Positions 1-13,319 of a DNA stretch of 64,000 nucleotides are shown here, piece by piece; position 1 is the first letter of the stretch; each line of letters starts with the position of its first letter. This stretch comes from Nageia nagi (Eukaryota > Plantae > Pinophyta): contig JBITNC010000001.1 in the NCBI GenBank assembly GCA_050084985.1, positions 52,948,001 through 53,012,000 on the forward strand. Direction: 5' to 3'. The position numbers and the translations under genes are program-made. The notes below the pieces were generated by a model, which was not told where the DNA came from, ran no database searches, and saw nothing but the letters and a program-made list of their open reading frames with translations.

Positions 1-1686
1 TCTTTCTCAATTATCACATGAAATTGCTTAAACTTTTTAAAATATTCAAAACTTATTCTTCAATAAATACACCCAACACATCCTAGTGTAATCATTTATG
101 AGAGTCATAATATATTTATTTTCAATAGCAAAAGAGATAGAAAATGGTCCACACAAATCAGAGTGAATGAGTTGTAATTTTCTACATGCTCTAAATTTTG
201 AATCAAGAAAAGGTTATTTGTTGTGCTTTCCTAGGACACATGCTTCACAAGGTTCTATGTTCTTAGGAATAGTAGGCAATCCTAAAAAACCTCTCTTTTT
301 CAACAAACAAAGATCATCAAAGTTGAGATGACCAAATATTGCATGCCACAAAAGACTATATGAGAAAGTAGATTTTTATTGATGCGTGAGCTAGGCAAAA
401 TTATTTTATTTGGTAAAACTCTCATGCATCTTCAACAGCTTCTCATCCTCCTTGCCAGTCATCACCACTTTGTTGTTAGAAGACTTCCTTATCTCCACTT
501 TGTCGTTAAACATATGGATTGAGTTTCCTTGTCGATGAATGAGCATAAGAGATAACAGGTTCCTTCCCAATTCAAGAAGGTAGAGCATGTCACAAAGAAT
601 CATATCTAGAAGACCTGGCAATTTGAGTATCATAGTACCAATACCAAAAGATTTGATACAGGATCTATCAGCAAAGTATACCACACCATCAATGTTGGTT
701 TTCATCTCTTCAAAGAAGTCCTAATGAAATAACATATGACATGTCACATCAGTATCAAGCAACCATGCATCCTCCCAAGATGCATATGAAGTATTACATA
801 AATTTTCAATTGTAGTGTTACAATGAGTTGTAACATTATGAGTTTACTCTTTTCATGTTCCCATTTTTCATTTATTTCTTTGATTTTATCCCATGAAGTA
901 CGATAAGTATTAGCTTCATGGCCTCATCTATTATATCTTATACAATGGAGATTGTTCCTCTTATCACTCCCACCTTGATTAGATCTACCCATGCCTCTAT
1001 GATTCCTCTTACCACAACCATAATTGCTACTTTCACCTCAAGAAGAATCATATGTAACATTGTTTCCCCTTTTGAGCAATACACTATGTCTAAAGTAGGA
1101 TCGTTAGATTTCTTACCATATGCCTTCTCACGTTTTGCAATCTTATCCTCTAAAGTATCAAAAGTGAGAGACTTCAAATTACCACTAGCTTGCAAGGATT
1201 CAAGATAATTTGAATAATCGAGTACAATGCTTTAATGAAAGATGTAAGAGTAATATCAATCTTCACACTAGTAGAGTTCATGTCATGCATTATTGCTCTA
1301 ATTTCATAAATCAATGCCATGTGATCATCAGTTTTTAACTTTGGGTTAAAAAATTTCAATTGAAGTTGGATTAATTTAGATTCGGAATGGGAGTCAAACA
1401 AGTCTTTAAGTTTCTTTAGTGCATTCCAAACATCATCTATGGAGCTAATATGGTGGTTAACCTCCTCACTAACTGAAGCTGCAATCAAAACATATGCCTT
1501 ATTGTTTTTCATGTTCCAAATCACAAGCTTCTTGGCATCAGTCAGTTTGGTAGGTTGATTATCACCATCACACACACCAACCCACAAATCATTAAAAATC
1601 AAAGTATGTTTTATTTTTCTAGATCACTCCAACCAATTATCCTTTCCATTTAATACAACACCAATAATACTCACAAGGGAATGCAT
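1..1686 (-). pseudogene. Decayed Ty1/copia gag-protease-integrase N-terminus (runs off the left window edge)
   Basis: The minus strand from ATG 1686 reads MHSLVSIIGVVLNGKDNWLE*SRK..FNDLW. UBN2-like gag follows (ORF 1174-1602: KAYVLIAASVS..VWNALKKLKDLF), then protease AWLLDTDVTCHM (~740-780), LWHAIFGHLNF (~325-355) and LQLIHSDLCGPF (~145-180). Many stops and frameshifts. Confidence 0.9.
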
Positions 1687-1847
1687 CTTTGTAATAGAAA
1701 CTTCAAACTTTATTTATTTTGCTTTTCAAACTTTTACAATTTGAAAATTGCACACTTTTACAAAAAAATAATGTCCATACAAAACCAAAAAAAAAATTTT
1801 GCACCACACCAAAAATGCAAAAAGAATATAATCTCTAAAGAGATTTA

Positions 1848-2150
1848 TTACATCACACGTCTCCTCTTACAAGGAGGATTTCTTCTAAGAAGCATGTTAC
1901 GAGAAGATGGCATAGCGGAAGTAGAAGCAGCATCAAACAATTCAACAATATCATCTTGGTCTTCATTATCCTTAACATTAGCCAAATAACATGTTTCCAA
2001 CTCCGATTTTATTTTTTCAACTTCAATTGTGACACAATACTCTAAAATGTGAAATCCTTCAATTATGTCAAATTCACTAAAATTTGAATCAAATATCATA
2101 CCATCTTTACTACTATTTTTTTTTAATTGCACACCAAAAACAGTATCCAT
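1848..2150 (-). other. Uninterrupted ~100-codon ORF in the copia leader upstream of gag, function unknown
   Basis: ORF track 1848-2153 (TTG, then ATG at 2150). Acidic body with a basic end (RRNPPCKRRRVM); same strand as gag. Confidence 0.3.
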
Positions 2151-3345
2151 CAACTAATATAACTGAATTCTTGAATTTACAAAAAAAAATTTTACTGAAA
2201 ATAGAATTTGTTTCACTAAGTTACGATCAAAAATGTCCTCAAAATTCGATATTACCCAAAAAAAACTAGATTAAATAATGACTGTGTATTGCTGTCTTTG
2301 TAAACATTCTAACTGGGCGGATCAAATCTGCTGATTAGGCAGAGTCTGGTCTGTACAACGGTCAATTGCAATCAAATGGGCATCGACTACTGGAGAGCGT
2401 CACATATCAAGTTGAAAGAATGACCAGAATCTGTACGTGGAGGACTCTGGGCAGATAAAACGGGCCTGGATGGAAATGGCACTGTGAAAAAATGGTGCGG
2501 GTTGATTTGAACCGCTGTGAGGGGGGTCGTGTCAAGTAGAATGATGAGCGATCATTGATGTCAAGCGGTGGGGATGTGTCAGGCACCATGGCCAAAGCAG
2601 TGGGTGCGGGGGACTGATCACATGCGCATGGGGATTCAACAGGTGGTTTAACGCACACCACGACATAAGGAGTTTTAGGAGTGCGCATGGTTATTTTAGA
2701 GTGCGTGGGACCGTAGACAAGGGATTGGCAGGGTCGATAGCTGGTGGAGTGGTTTGGAATTATGCGGAGGTAAAGTGGGACAACGTGCGAGGTGTGGACT
2801 AAATACGCGAGTGGCGGTCTCGTTTTGGTGCAATATAATGTTATGGAATTTTTTAAGTGCGAACTAGAGAGTTTTAAATGCGCACGGGTGTTTTGACGTA
2901 AGGGGATGGTTTTGGATGTTTGGTAAACATTAGGTTCGAATTTTGATAGACAGAAGGTGGTAGTTCGAATTTATAGGGAACAGGTTGTTTCCAAAAAATA
3001 AACCATTTTATTGTCCAAAACACAACTACAATAATACCTTTTCTTCGTAACCACGAATTTGAAATGCAAAACCATCAAATTTTCAAAGTAAAACCGTTTG
3101 AAAAATTCATTCATAGAACACTTACACAGTTGAAAGCTTTAAATTTTGATAACTTCATCATTTCTTCACCAAATCATCTCGTACAAAAAATAAAATTGTT
3201 TTTCTCAAAAAAAAGGTATCCAAATATGTCATCAAAAATATATTTTAGTGCTCAATTTCAAAGAAAAATGGGATAAAAATTTTGAGATGAAATTTTGATA
3301 GCATTTTTTATCAATTTCATGGAGTTTGAGAATGAAAACCTCATA

Positions 3346-3357
3346 TCTTTGATACCA
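3346..3357 (-). promoter_or_regulatory. tRNA-iMet primer binding site of the left-edge copia element
   Basis: The minus strand reads ...CA T TGGTATCAAAGA (consensus TGGTATCAGAGC), 1 nt after a CA LTR end at 3359. Confidence 0.8.
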
Positions 3358-3358
3358 A

Positions 3359-3600
3359 TGCTAGGTTGGATAACTTCAAATCAAAAAGCATTGTATTAGA
3401 TTAGAATAATACTTTAATACATAAGAAGGTTGACTCTTCACATTCAACTTCATGGATGATCATTGAGATACAATGTAACTCTTCATATTCTCTTAGAAAT
3501 GACACTTAGAATTATACTACACATTTAGCTATAATTTTACTAAATATAGTAAGTAACTACTACTATATTATATTTACCTTAATCCTTAAGAATTAGGTGT
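3359..3600 (-). repeat. Partial 5' LTR of the left-edge copia element
   Basis: Ends in CA next to the PBS; the far boundary is uncertain. Confidence 0.55.
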
Positions 3601-5290
3601 CTAATATAATTGTGGCTTGTTTTCATGGAATTCCAATATCTATCAAAATGTGACGTAACCATATTGCTTCACAAATAACATCTCCTACAGCACAATATTT
3701 CGACTCTACGATAGATCTAGACGTAATTCTTTATTTCTTGTTATCTAATGAGATTGGTCCAGATCTAATGAAGAATACATATCTTGTCATTAATCTTCCA
3801 TAATCCAAGGATTCTCCATAATTTGCATCTGTGTATCTAGATAAGATGAACTTATCATTCTTTTTGTACTCCAAGCCAAAATCATCAGTGCCATGGATGT
3901 ACCTCAAAGCATGCTTTGTTGTGGTCCAGTGGACCTTCTTTAGTTCATGCATGAATCATGAAAGATAGTTGATAACATAACAAATATTCAACCTGGTGTA
4001 TGCTAGGTAACTTAACCTTTCAATCAACTAACGATAGAGAGTTGCATTTATCAACAGAGAACAATCATAACATGACATATAAACCAGGTTCAATTAGCAT
4101 GGATATTTGTTTGCATTCTATCATTATGAATTTCTCTAATGGCTTCTTGGTGTACTTCATATGTGAAATGATATCCAATCCTACATCTATCAGACCTCCA
4201 ATCCAAGGCAATACTGAAGTAAACCAAGATCGATCATGTTGAATGATCATTTACGATCATCTTTGCAAGATATGATCAACTCCTTAGTGCTTCTAGTAAT
4301 AACCAGATCATCAATATAAACTACAACTATGATAATCTCCCCTCCATGTTCTTGAAGGTAGAGGTTAGGATCATACGAACTCCTATTTCATTCATGTTGT
4401 AGTAGGTGGGAATCAATTTTCATACACCAAGCTTATGGATCATGTTTCAAACCATACAGAGACTTGATCAATCTACACACTTTCTTTTACCTAGATCAAT
4501 CATAAATCCTTCAGGTTGCTGCATGTAGACATATTCTCTAAGTATCCATTTAGAGAGGCACTTGTCACATCCATTTGATAAACTTTCCAGCCATATTGAT
4601 CGACCATTGCAAAATAATTTTAATGATCTTCATCTTGGTTGTGGAAGCAAAAACCTCCTCATAGTCAATACCTTCTTGTTGAGCATATCCTTTGGCAACG
4701 AGACGGATCTTATGCTTATCGAGTGTACCATCAATTTTATAATTAGTTTTGAACACCCATTTGTATCTAATGGCCTTCTTCCCTAGTGGATGATCTACCA
4801 ACTTTCATGTGCTATTTTTCATCAGTAAATCATACTCAATATGCATGGCCTTTCCAATGTGATAGCTCAATAGCTTCACAAACCATTTTAAGTTCAGGTA
4901 TATTCATAATTATGCTCATCAATGTCAAATTCACTTCCTCATGAGCCATGCTTTGTGTCCTTAGTTTAGAACTAGAAGTGTCTAATGGAACATTCAAATT
5001 TGAATATTGTAGTGTCTTCTGACACCACTTAGGTCTTATGATATTTTGAGATGGCAAATTCATAGTTGGAGCTTCTCTCTCATATCCTTATCATCATACT
5101 TGATTATGGGACCACTGTCAGGTTTAGGTACCTTTATAGGTGGACTAGTTGACGATTCATCGATCTCATCAAAGATTACATCTTTGTTGATATTAATTCT
5201 TCGAACTCCAAGAGTGTCTGAATCTTCATCTTTTAGGAGGCACAATTAATACCCTTTAACACTTGTGAATCAGGCAATAAAATTTTGAAG
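3600..5290 (-). pseudogene. Decayed Ty1/copia integrase C-terminus, RT and truncated RNase H
   Basis: INKDVIFDE (ORF 5060-5245); KWVFKTNYKIDGTLDKHKIRLVAKGYAQQEGIDYEEVFA; VYIDD at ~4307-4321; KHALRYIHGT..YTDANYG. Confidence 0.92.
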
Positions 5291-7293
5291 GCGATATCTA
5301 AACCATGTTGCTTTGCAAGTTTCAATACTTTTCATTCTATCACCAATCCATAAAAAATGCACTCACTTTGGAGTTTGAAAAAACTTTAAAATCTTCTCCT
5401 TTAAGTTGTTTGCAAAGATTTCTATTTTTCAATTTATCCTCCAAAGTATTAATTCAATGAAAGTGGCTCAAAAAAGTTAATAAATACCTTCCTTTTTTAA
5501 CATTTATGCCTTAAAAATTAAGCATATGTTAAAATTTTGATTTTAAGGTGAGGTGGAGGGATTGAAACTCTTGACCTTGTTTGCACAATATTGGTGTTTT
5601 GCTTACACAAGAACTCTCCTTGAAAAGAATATGACTTAGAAAGTTTTTAATATTTTTCCAAATTTATCTTCAAATATTATTGCAAATTACTCTACTCCTC
5701 CAAATAAGAAATTTATTATTTCTCCAAACTTTATTGGTGGCTAAATGAAAAATTTGATCTTTTATTTATTTGTACTCCTTCAAATATTTTTGGACAATTA
5801 ATGTGTTGTGGTTAATTTGTAAAAGATTCGTCACATTCCAATGTTTTAAATCTGTTGTGCAAATTTAAATTATTCTCCTCTTTAAATATTTTCCGGGAAA
5901 ATAACTTCATTGAACCTCCTCCAATATTTTCTTTGGGTGGATTTATATTCGCTACTTCAAACATTAAGAATTATTTCTCATCTCCTCTTGAAATTTTTTT
6001 TCTTATGAAATACTTGTTGGCTGGGCTAGGCGTGATGTACGTTTTAGGAGGAGCGGCAGCGCTAGTCTTAAACTCGGGGGCTCGCATGCTGAGAAGAGTG
6101 TTTCTGCTGCGCTTTGCACGGGCTGTAACAGTTACACCCTACTATCTAGGTGATGTTGTCTGCACACTGGGGCAACGTTGAGAGGAGATTATAGTGGCTG
6201 GGCCTGATTAATGCAAATACAGATTCACCCTACTCCCTACTCTCTCCGCTCTGTTAATGCTTGGACTGTGGACAGTTCTCTCCTCACAGTGATCTCAAGC
6301 TTTTCACAAACATACAAGGCATAGTTTGCTATTGATCCACGCTACTCAAACGCTATTCAACACTCCTCACAGATTTCCTCACAAAAATGGTTGTATTAAC
6401 TTAATTGGGAGGGAGGGAGAGATCACTGCATCTTCTCCTCTCTTCACTCTCACAAATCTTGAACTCTTGAACACAAAATTATTGTGTTTCAAGGATTCTT
6501 TTGTACTTCACTTCTCCAGCTCAATCATTCCTAGGCTATGGCAAATAACAATAACTTCATTAGGTAGATTGAGTAGAGAACTAAGACAATGCATTTACCC
6601 GATACCATATTGTGAAATAGCCGAGAGAGATAGTCATCCATTATTGAGAAGAGAATAAATACATGTATATATTAGATAACCACCATGGGTAGCCCTAAAT
6701 ATTTATTAAATATACATTACACTAAGTGCTAATGTATATAATATTTATCTAGATACCTAATGACTAATGTATTATTTGTAACAAATGTCTCATTCCTAAG
6801 GACTAAGTTGAGCTACGTAAAGAAATACAAAAAATGAAAGAAAGAAAAGATAAAAAAATAACATTCATTAAAAATCCTAAATTAATAATCTAAGAGAATA
6901 AACAAGAATAGAAATCAAAGCTTAGGGTACTTCTATGTATTAGCCAAAGCTTTCCATGAAAAAAAGGCCCTTAACTAAGCTGATTTCCTCATAATGCAGA
7001 TACAATTTTTCTCATTGAAATTTGGTAACATGATAAAAATTGTCTTTCTAATATGGATGGATTCATTTTATCCTCCAATTCAAATAAAAGGCATATAGGT
7101 AGAGGGTATTGCTTGTTATTACAAATGTTGTGGTAGTGAATTCATAGTTGACATTGATGCAAATTTTGGAAAAAACCCCACTCATCATTTGACAAAAATG
7201 TAGATGCAAACATAGTTTCATGAATACAATATTCACCTCTACATAAAACAAATGGATTTAAAGGTGTGAAGAGAGCAATGCGTATTTTATTAT

Positions 7294-7790
7294 ACAAGCT
7301 TGGAGAGTTTATTATACAACTTAATTACATGATAAATAATCTTTCAAATACTTAATTGATATATATTAATTTTTATACAAACTTTGAATGTTCCTACAAA
7401 TCAATGGGTTTAAAAGGATGTTAAAAGACACATCTGTATTTATCTATCTATTTATATAAGATAAGATAAAATAAGTCTTTTAACATCCTTTTAAATCTAT
7501 TGGTTTGTAGGATCTATCAAAGCTTGTCCAAATATTTGAATGCTTATTTCTAACATAATTAGGATGTCTAATAAAATTATCAAGCTTATTTTAATTATCT
7601 TAATTTAATAATTCATGGATCAAATTGTAATCACAAATATCCTTATAAGATTATCTAGTATCTTTGTAAAATGAATTAAAAAAGAGAAATGAGTCTCATC
7701 TTCTATGGCTTCTAGGTTACAAAACTGACAAACTTTTTCATCCACGATGTTTCATGTATTGTCCATCAACCACTTTCATTATGAATTTTA
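7294..7790. repeat. Head-to-head pair of an AT-rich dispersed repeat (arms 7294-7429 and from 7475)
   Basis: cctacaaatcaatgggtttaaaaggatgttaaaagac is a near reverse complement of gtcttttaacatccttttaaatctattggtttgtagg. A third copy starts at 61852. Confidence 0.8.
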
Positions 7791-10632
7791 TATGAGGGTT
7801 GTATGTCATTGATTTACTTTGAACTATAGATATTAATTTAAAATTTAATATTAATGTCCATGGGTAACCAAAATAGTGGTCAATGGAACTATAGTAAAAT
7901 ACATATAATAAGAGTAGAGGAGAACCTAACTAAACTTTGATATTAATATCCATGGATCAAAAACATAGTCAATAGCACTATAGAAAACTATATATATGAA
8001 AAGCAAAGAAGTGCCTAAAGTGATTCCAATGTGTAATAGTGAGAAGTAGATAAAGATAAAGTATCAAATCCAACATGTTTGAATGAGGCAGAAAGTTTAC
8101 ATATGGAGAGTGAGTTTGGTTTTGAGGGTTATTTTATCTTTATATAAGTTTATTCCTCTTCTTCTTAGCATAGTTTAATTTCTTTTTAAGTTAGATTTTT
8201 TTAATTTTATATAGTTTCAAGTTTTCAAATAAAATTATAATGATTTTTTTAATAATGTCAATGTTATAATTTATTATAATATATATTTTTTGGATTATAT
8301 TTAAGGATGAATTTTTGGAAGGAATCTTAACCTTTTACATAGCCATATCCTAAAAATTTATCACAAGTGAGCTCATGTGAGAGACTCGGGCTAATAGGTG
8401 GCCAGTTCCAAAATCCGTATTACAAATTTGGTACTAAATATTTATCATCAAAACTTCAAAATTGAAAATACAACCGCAAAGCTAAGCTAGGGAGTTCAAG
8501 ATTCCTACCATGAAGAAAAGGGAAGATCAAAAAATAAAATTTTTCCAAAAAAAGAAATCCATTCAGATGTTTTGTACTCATACATGAGACCTTTGCCACC
8601 ATTCAAAATAACAAAGATATATTGCTCAAAAATGATGAGAGTTCGAACCAATTCCCATACATTTCTTGATCTCGATGAGAATCTTCCTAGAAACTCCCAT
8701 ATGAAGCTTAGTCATAGTGAGAGACCACCAAAAAATGCCTACACATTTCTCAGTCACAACAAGAGATTGCCAAGCATCATCTATATAATGCTCGGGCAGG
8801 TTTCAATCCCTTAAACCATGCCCATACATCATTCAAATTAGGTTCAACCCATTGAACATATCATAACCCGTCCATACAAGAAAACACCACTCATATAGTT
8901 TAATCCTCAACTAACACATCACTCCATTCAAATAAGATAAAGATACATCAACTAACAACCCCCCAATGTCCATCAATATCCCTCAATTCATCAAAGAAGG
9001 TAGATAATTTCACCTTCGACTACCCAACAGATTGGTAGTAATATAAATATGGATTTATTAATAGAATAGAAGGCCTCAAAGGACCCTTCCCCACAACATT
9101 GCAAGGTACAGTGGACCCTTCCAATGCATTGAAAAAAGTTTGAAATAAGGGCCTAAAACTACCTCCCTAACAATCTTCCCAATAACAAGGCTCCCAACTT
9201 CTTGGGAACCTAGAAACATCCAATATGCCTTCATATTAAGAGCTTGGAAAACCAAAGGCAAACCTTGGTCTTGCAAACAACCTCCCTAACCAAAGGACAT
9301 CATCCAAACATCAATACAAAATCCCCTCTGATCAATCTATCATCCACCATTAGATGCCCAATCGTAGCTCCTAGATTCACTTGAAAGCAATAGGGTCTTC
9401 CAATAACATGGTTATCTTCCTTGGACCAACACCATCCCTTTGAGAATGAAATCAAACACTAAAGGTATGGCTCTAAATGCCCAATGGGTCTTCACCTCAA
9501 GAGCTTCAGTTGCTCCAACAATGCCAAAGTAATGAGGCCTCGAAAAATTTAAGGAGCTACCCAAGAAACAACAATGAAAAGCCATAAGTAGCCCCTTATA
9601 GGCCCTCCCTCTTGGTTCAACTCCACCCACCTCTCCATCTACCTCTCCATCCTTCTCATCTACCTGTAATGTACCATAAAACCCTACCTCTCATCTCCTA
9701 CTCTACTCCATTTTAAAAAAATTACTAAGTATAATTTATTAAAATATGTTAATTCATATATATGTTTAATGTTTTGTGTTGATTATCTTAATTTTTTTAT
9801 GATTGCTAATTAATTTTAAAATAGAATTGATTTTATATGCAACATATTTTATGTTATCCATTTTATTCAAAATTATTACATGAATTGTTAGTTTAACATA
9901 ATTTCAATTTTTTTTCACACAAGTGAAGGATGGTACACTCAAAGGAGCACGTATGATGAAAATACATGCCCGATCTCTATAGCATTTCCATGGATGTGAC
10001 AAGGGATAACCATAATTTGGGAGGATAAATGGATGGTTCTAATTTGAAGTCTAGGGTGGTAGATTGGAAATTGTATTATAGGAAGAAACTATCGTAGTCT
10101 CTTAATGTTTTGATTGCATGTAAAGGAAATGATAGGCTAGAAGAGGCTTGAGCTAGCTACCTAAGAAGAGTTCAGATAGACCCAATTATCTGGCAAATTC
10201 TATGTAGTGGGGTTTAGATGGGTTTATGGATGCTTTGAATGGTCACAACCTAAGATGGTTAAGAAAAGTAGCTAAGATGTGGGATGAGGGCTTCGTTGTG
10301 GTTGAAGGGTGCCACTTTACAATCAATCTTGAAATGATTAAAGCAACTATGAGCATGGCCAATTATGGTTGAAGGCATAGTATGGATGTGCAAACTCCAA
10401 TTTTTGAAGTGTAGGCTTTTTACGAGCAGGGGGTGCCTATATTGAGAAAAGGAAGTCAACCTACCCCATTATGTTAATCCAATACCCCTGGTATGAGGTG
10501 GTAAAGGTAACTGTTAAGTTATTTACAATGGAGGGAAAATATTATGAGCTCTATGGCTTCTAGTTTATTTTAATAAACCACTTCAAGGGCATGTATAGAG
10601 TAAATCTCCCCCACTTTTTATATCACTCTCTA

Positions 10633-11340
10633 TGTTTTAACTATAAATGGAATAAATAAATAAACCCAAATATAGTTAAAGGGATAATAAAATGTAAAGT
10701 TAACAAGTTCCCTGAGAGCTAATAGATGGATAAAGCAAGCAAGGAAGATCTCCAAGACTCTAACCTATCAATACTAGAAAATGAAAGATAAAAATTTGTG
10801 ACTTACTTATTTTGATGAACAAAGGTAGTTTTTGAGAAAATGGTGATGAACAATGAGCTGTACCAAAACATGGAGGCATGAACCTCTCAGGAACCCAACG
10901 ATGGTGCTCAAAACCCAACGATGACACTCAGATATATGCTCATATTGACCTCACTCTTAGTTTGCTATCATCATCAAACCTTTGATCCATGAAAAAGTGC
11001 ATGTGAATGGGGTATAGATCACAAGAATGCTCAAAGTATAACAATTTCCAAATTGATAAGTGGCATAAAGAAACATCAATCTTAGAGACCTTTAGAATTT
11101 CCACCTATCAAGATTTTGGGATGATACACGATGATTATAAGTTTTACCAATGATCATGCACACACCTCCACCTTTATATGTAATAGATAGGTGCCAAGAA
11201 TCCTTCTTAAGCTTATTGTAAGGCCAACCCACCTATTACAATATAAGTATTAGGCATTTATTTAAGTAATTAAATAAATAGACTTTAGATACCTAAAAGG
11301 GGATTTTAGTTAATTCAAAATTCCTTTTTAGGTGTTAATA
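10633..11340 (-). repeat. 3' LTR (708 bp)
   Basis: tgttttaactataaatgg...ggtgttaata; aligns along its length with 17732-18468, with a ~30-bp deletion. Confidence 0.9.
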
Positions 11341-11594
11341 GATGCCCCACTTTGAATGCAATTTTGAGGGAATTCAAAAACACAATTCAAAGTATATTCA
11401 AGAAAAATAGATTAGAGTAAAAGAGCACTCCTTGATGTTGTGACATTTGTCAATGGTTTGAGATGCTTCAAGTTTGTTGATGTTATGCCTCCTCTTTGAC
11501 TTGGTTGCGACATGAAGTGTGATGCATCATGGAGCAATCCAAATCAAAGAACAATGGAAACTACTTTGTGTTGATGATTGATGTTTGACTAGTT

Positions 11595-11900
11595 TTGGTT
11601 TCCCCAAGACATTATAGATGTTTTCAGATTGTGACCCCTAACGAGGACATGTAGCTTGGTTTCACCAAGACACCATACTTTAACGAACACTTTTTGATGA
11701 TTATGACCCCCCTGACAAGGCTGTGTAGCTTGGTTTCCCTAAGTCATCGTATTTTAACGGACACTTTTTATTGTTTAAGAATGCTCCTTGAGAAAGGAAG
11801 CCAATGATGTTAAGATGACAAAACTTGGTTTCCCAAGCGACCATGTTTCCATGGGTTTTGTTGCTAAGAGTGCCCCTTGAGAAAGGAAGCCAATGATGTG
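11595..11900. repeat. Degenerate short repeats in the 3' region of the gypsy element
   Basis: Four tggtttc(c/a)c..aag units; ccttgagaaaggaagccaatgatgt occurs twice. Confidence 0.65.
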
Positions 11901-13319
11901 AAGGTGATAATGACAAGTAGGAATAGGTAATCATTTTTGCAAATTTAGTGATTTGAGATAGATGATAGTGTAGATGTGAACAACTTTTGTGATAAGATAT
12001 TTGAAAATGCTCTTGACGAAATGATAAATGCAAACATTATGATACTTTGACAATTTTACAATTTTTTACAATAATGAGTAAATGATGCAAATAATGCCAT
12101 GAAGTGACCAAACATAGATGATAATGCAGGTTTTCATAAAATTAGAGAAAATGGAACATTGACATGGAAAATAATGCAATTTCCTCTCTATGACTTGAGC
12201 GGCAATGCTAGGAAGCTAGCGATAATGCTCATTTAAGGAGATATTTTTAAGAAAAATAAAACATGAAACGATAAAGTGAAGCCTAAAAATAGGAAAAAGA
12301 GGGTTGATAGAGTCAAATAAAGGCTAGAAAATGATAATTTTAATTGACTAGGCTATTTAAGTTGATCAAATCATGACGAGAGGGTTTCTTGACATTTTTA
12401 AGACCAAAGAACAAAAGGAGGGCATTTTTTGCAATATGAATACCATGCAAGAGATCAAGATAAAAAATTGGATATTTTTGGGCACTTGAAGCCATCGACG
12501 ATGCTAGGAATTGAGTGGCAGTGCTAGGTTATTACTATATTTTTGAGTTTTGGTTTTGGCCATAAGTAACTATTCTAATGGTGTATGATGAAAAGTGGCT
12601 TAATTTTAGGGTTTGGGTCAAAAAAGTGATGGTTTGGGGAAAAAAGGACATCAAATAGTTTATAAATAGGGTAAATTGGATTTCATTTGTGCATTCTCAA
12701 TTTGGTGAAATTGGCTCTAGTTTGGAAGGTGGGAAGAGCTATTTGGAGTTATTTGGGTGATAGGAGAGCTTGCTTGGAGTTGTGGGTGGATAGAATAGCC
12801 AAAATGATGATGCAGATTACATCCCTCTAGGTTCATAGGGCTTTGGGTGTTCGTTCATCATTGAAGGATCATCAGGTACCAAAGTTGATCTCATTTTGTT
12901 CACTCTCATGCTATTTAGGATATTTTTGATGGATTAGATTTTTATATTAGCTTATTTTTTATATTTTTGCAAAATTTTCAAAAAGAGGGTGCAAAAAATG
13001 TAGGACTAACTTTTTGGAATGCATGGAGAAAAACAAAAGATAAATTTACCATGAAATCTAGAATTCAGGAGATGGGTTTCTATTTTTATACCAAAATAGT
13101 TACCCTGACCGAGCAATACTGTTAGATTACAAAATTTGGGCAAAATTGGATTTTTGCATTCTGTATAGATTCTAATTTATGTTGGACCTTGAAATTTTCA
13201 AAATTGGCTTCATTTGGACTATTTTAGGCTAGAAAATGCAATTTGATAATTTAGATGCTTTTAATTTTGAATTTTGACATTTTTATGACCTTATTACTGA
13301 CATGTTCTTAATTTTTATA

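Noticed and set aside
6015-6783. Solo LTR TGTTGG...GTAACA
   Set aside because: LTR-like composition, but no TSD (ATACT versus AATGT) and no partner; boundaries unsupported.
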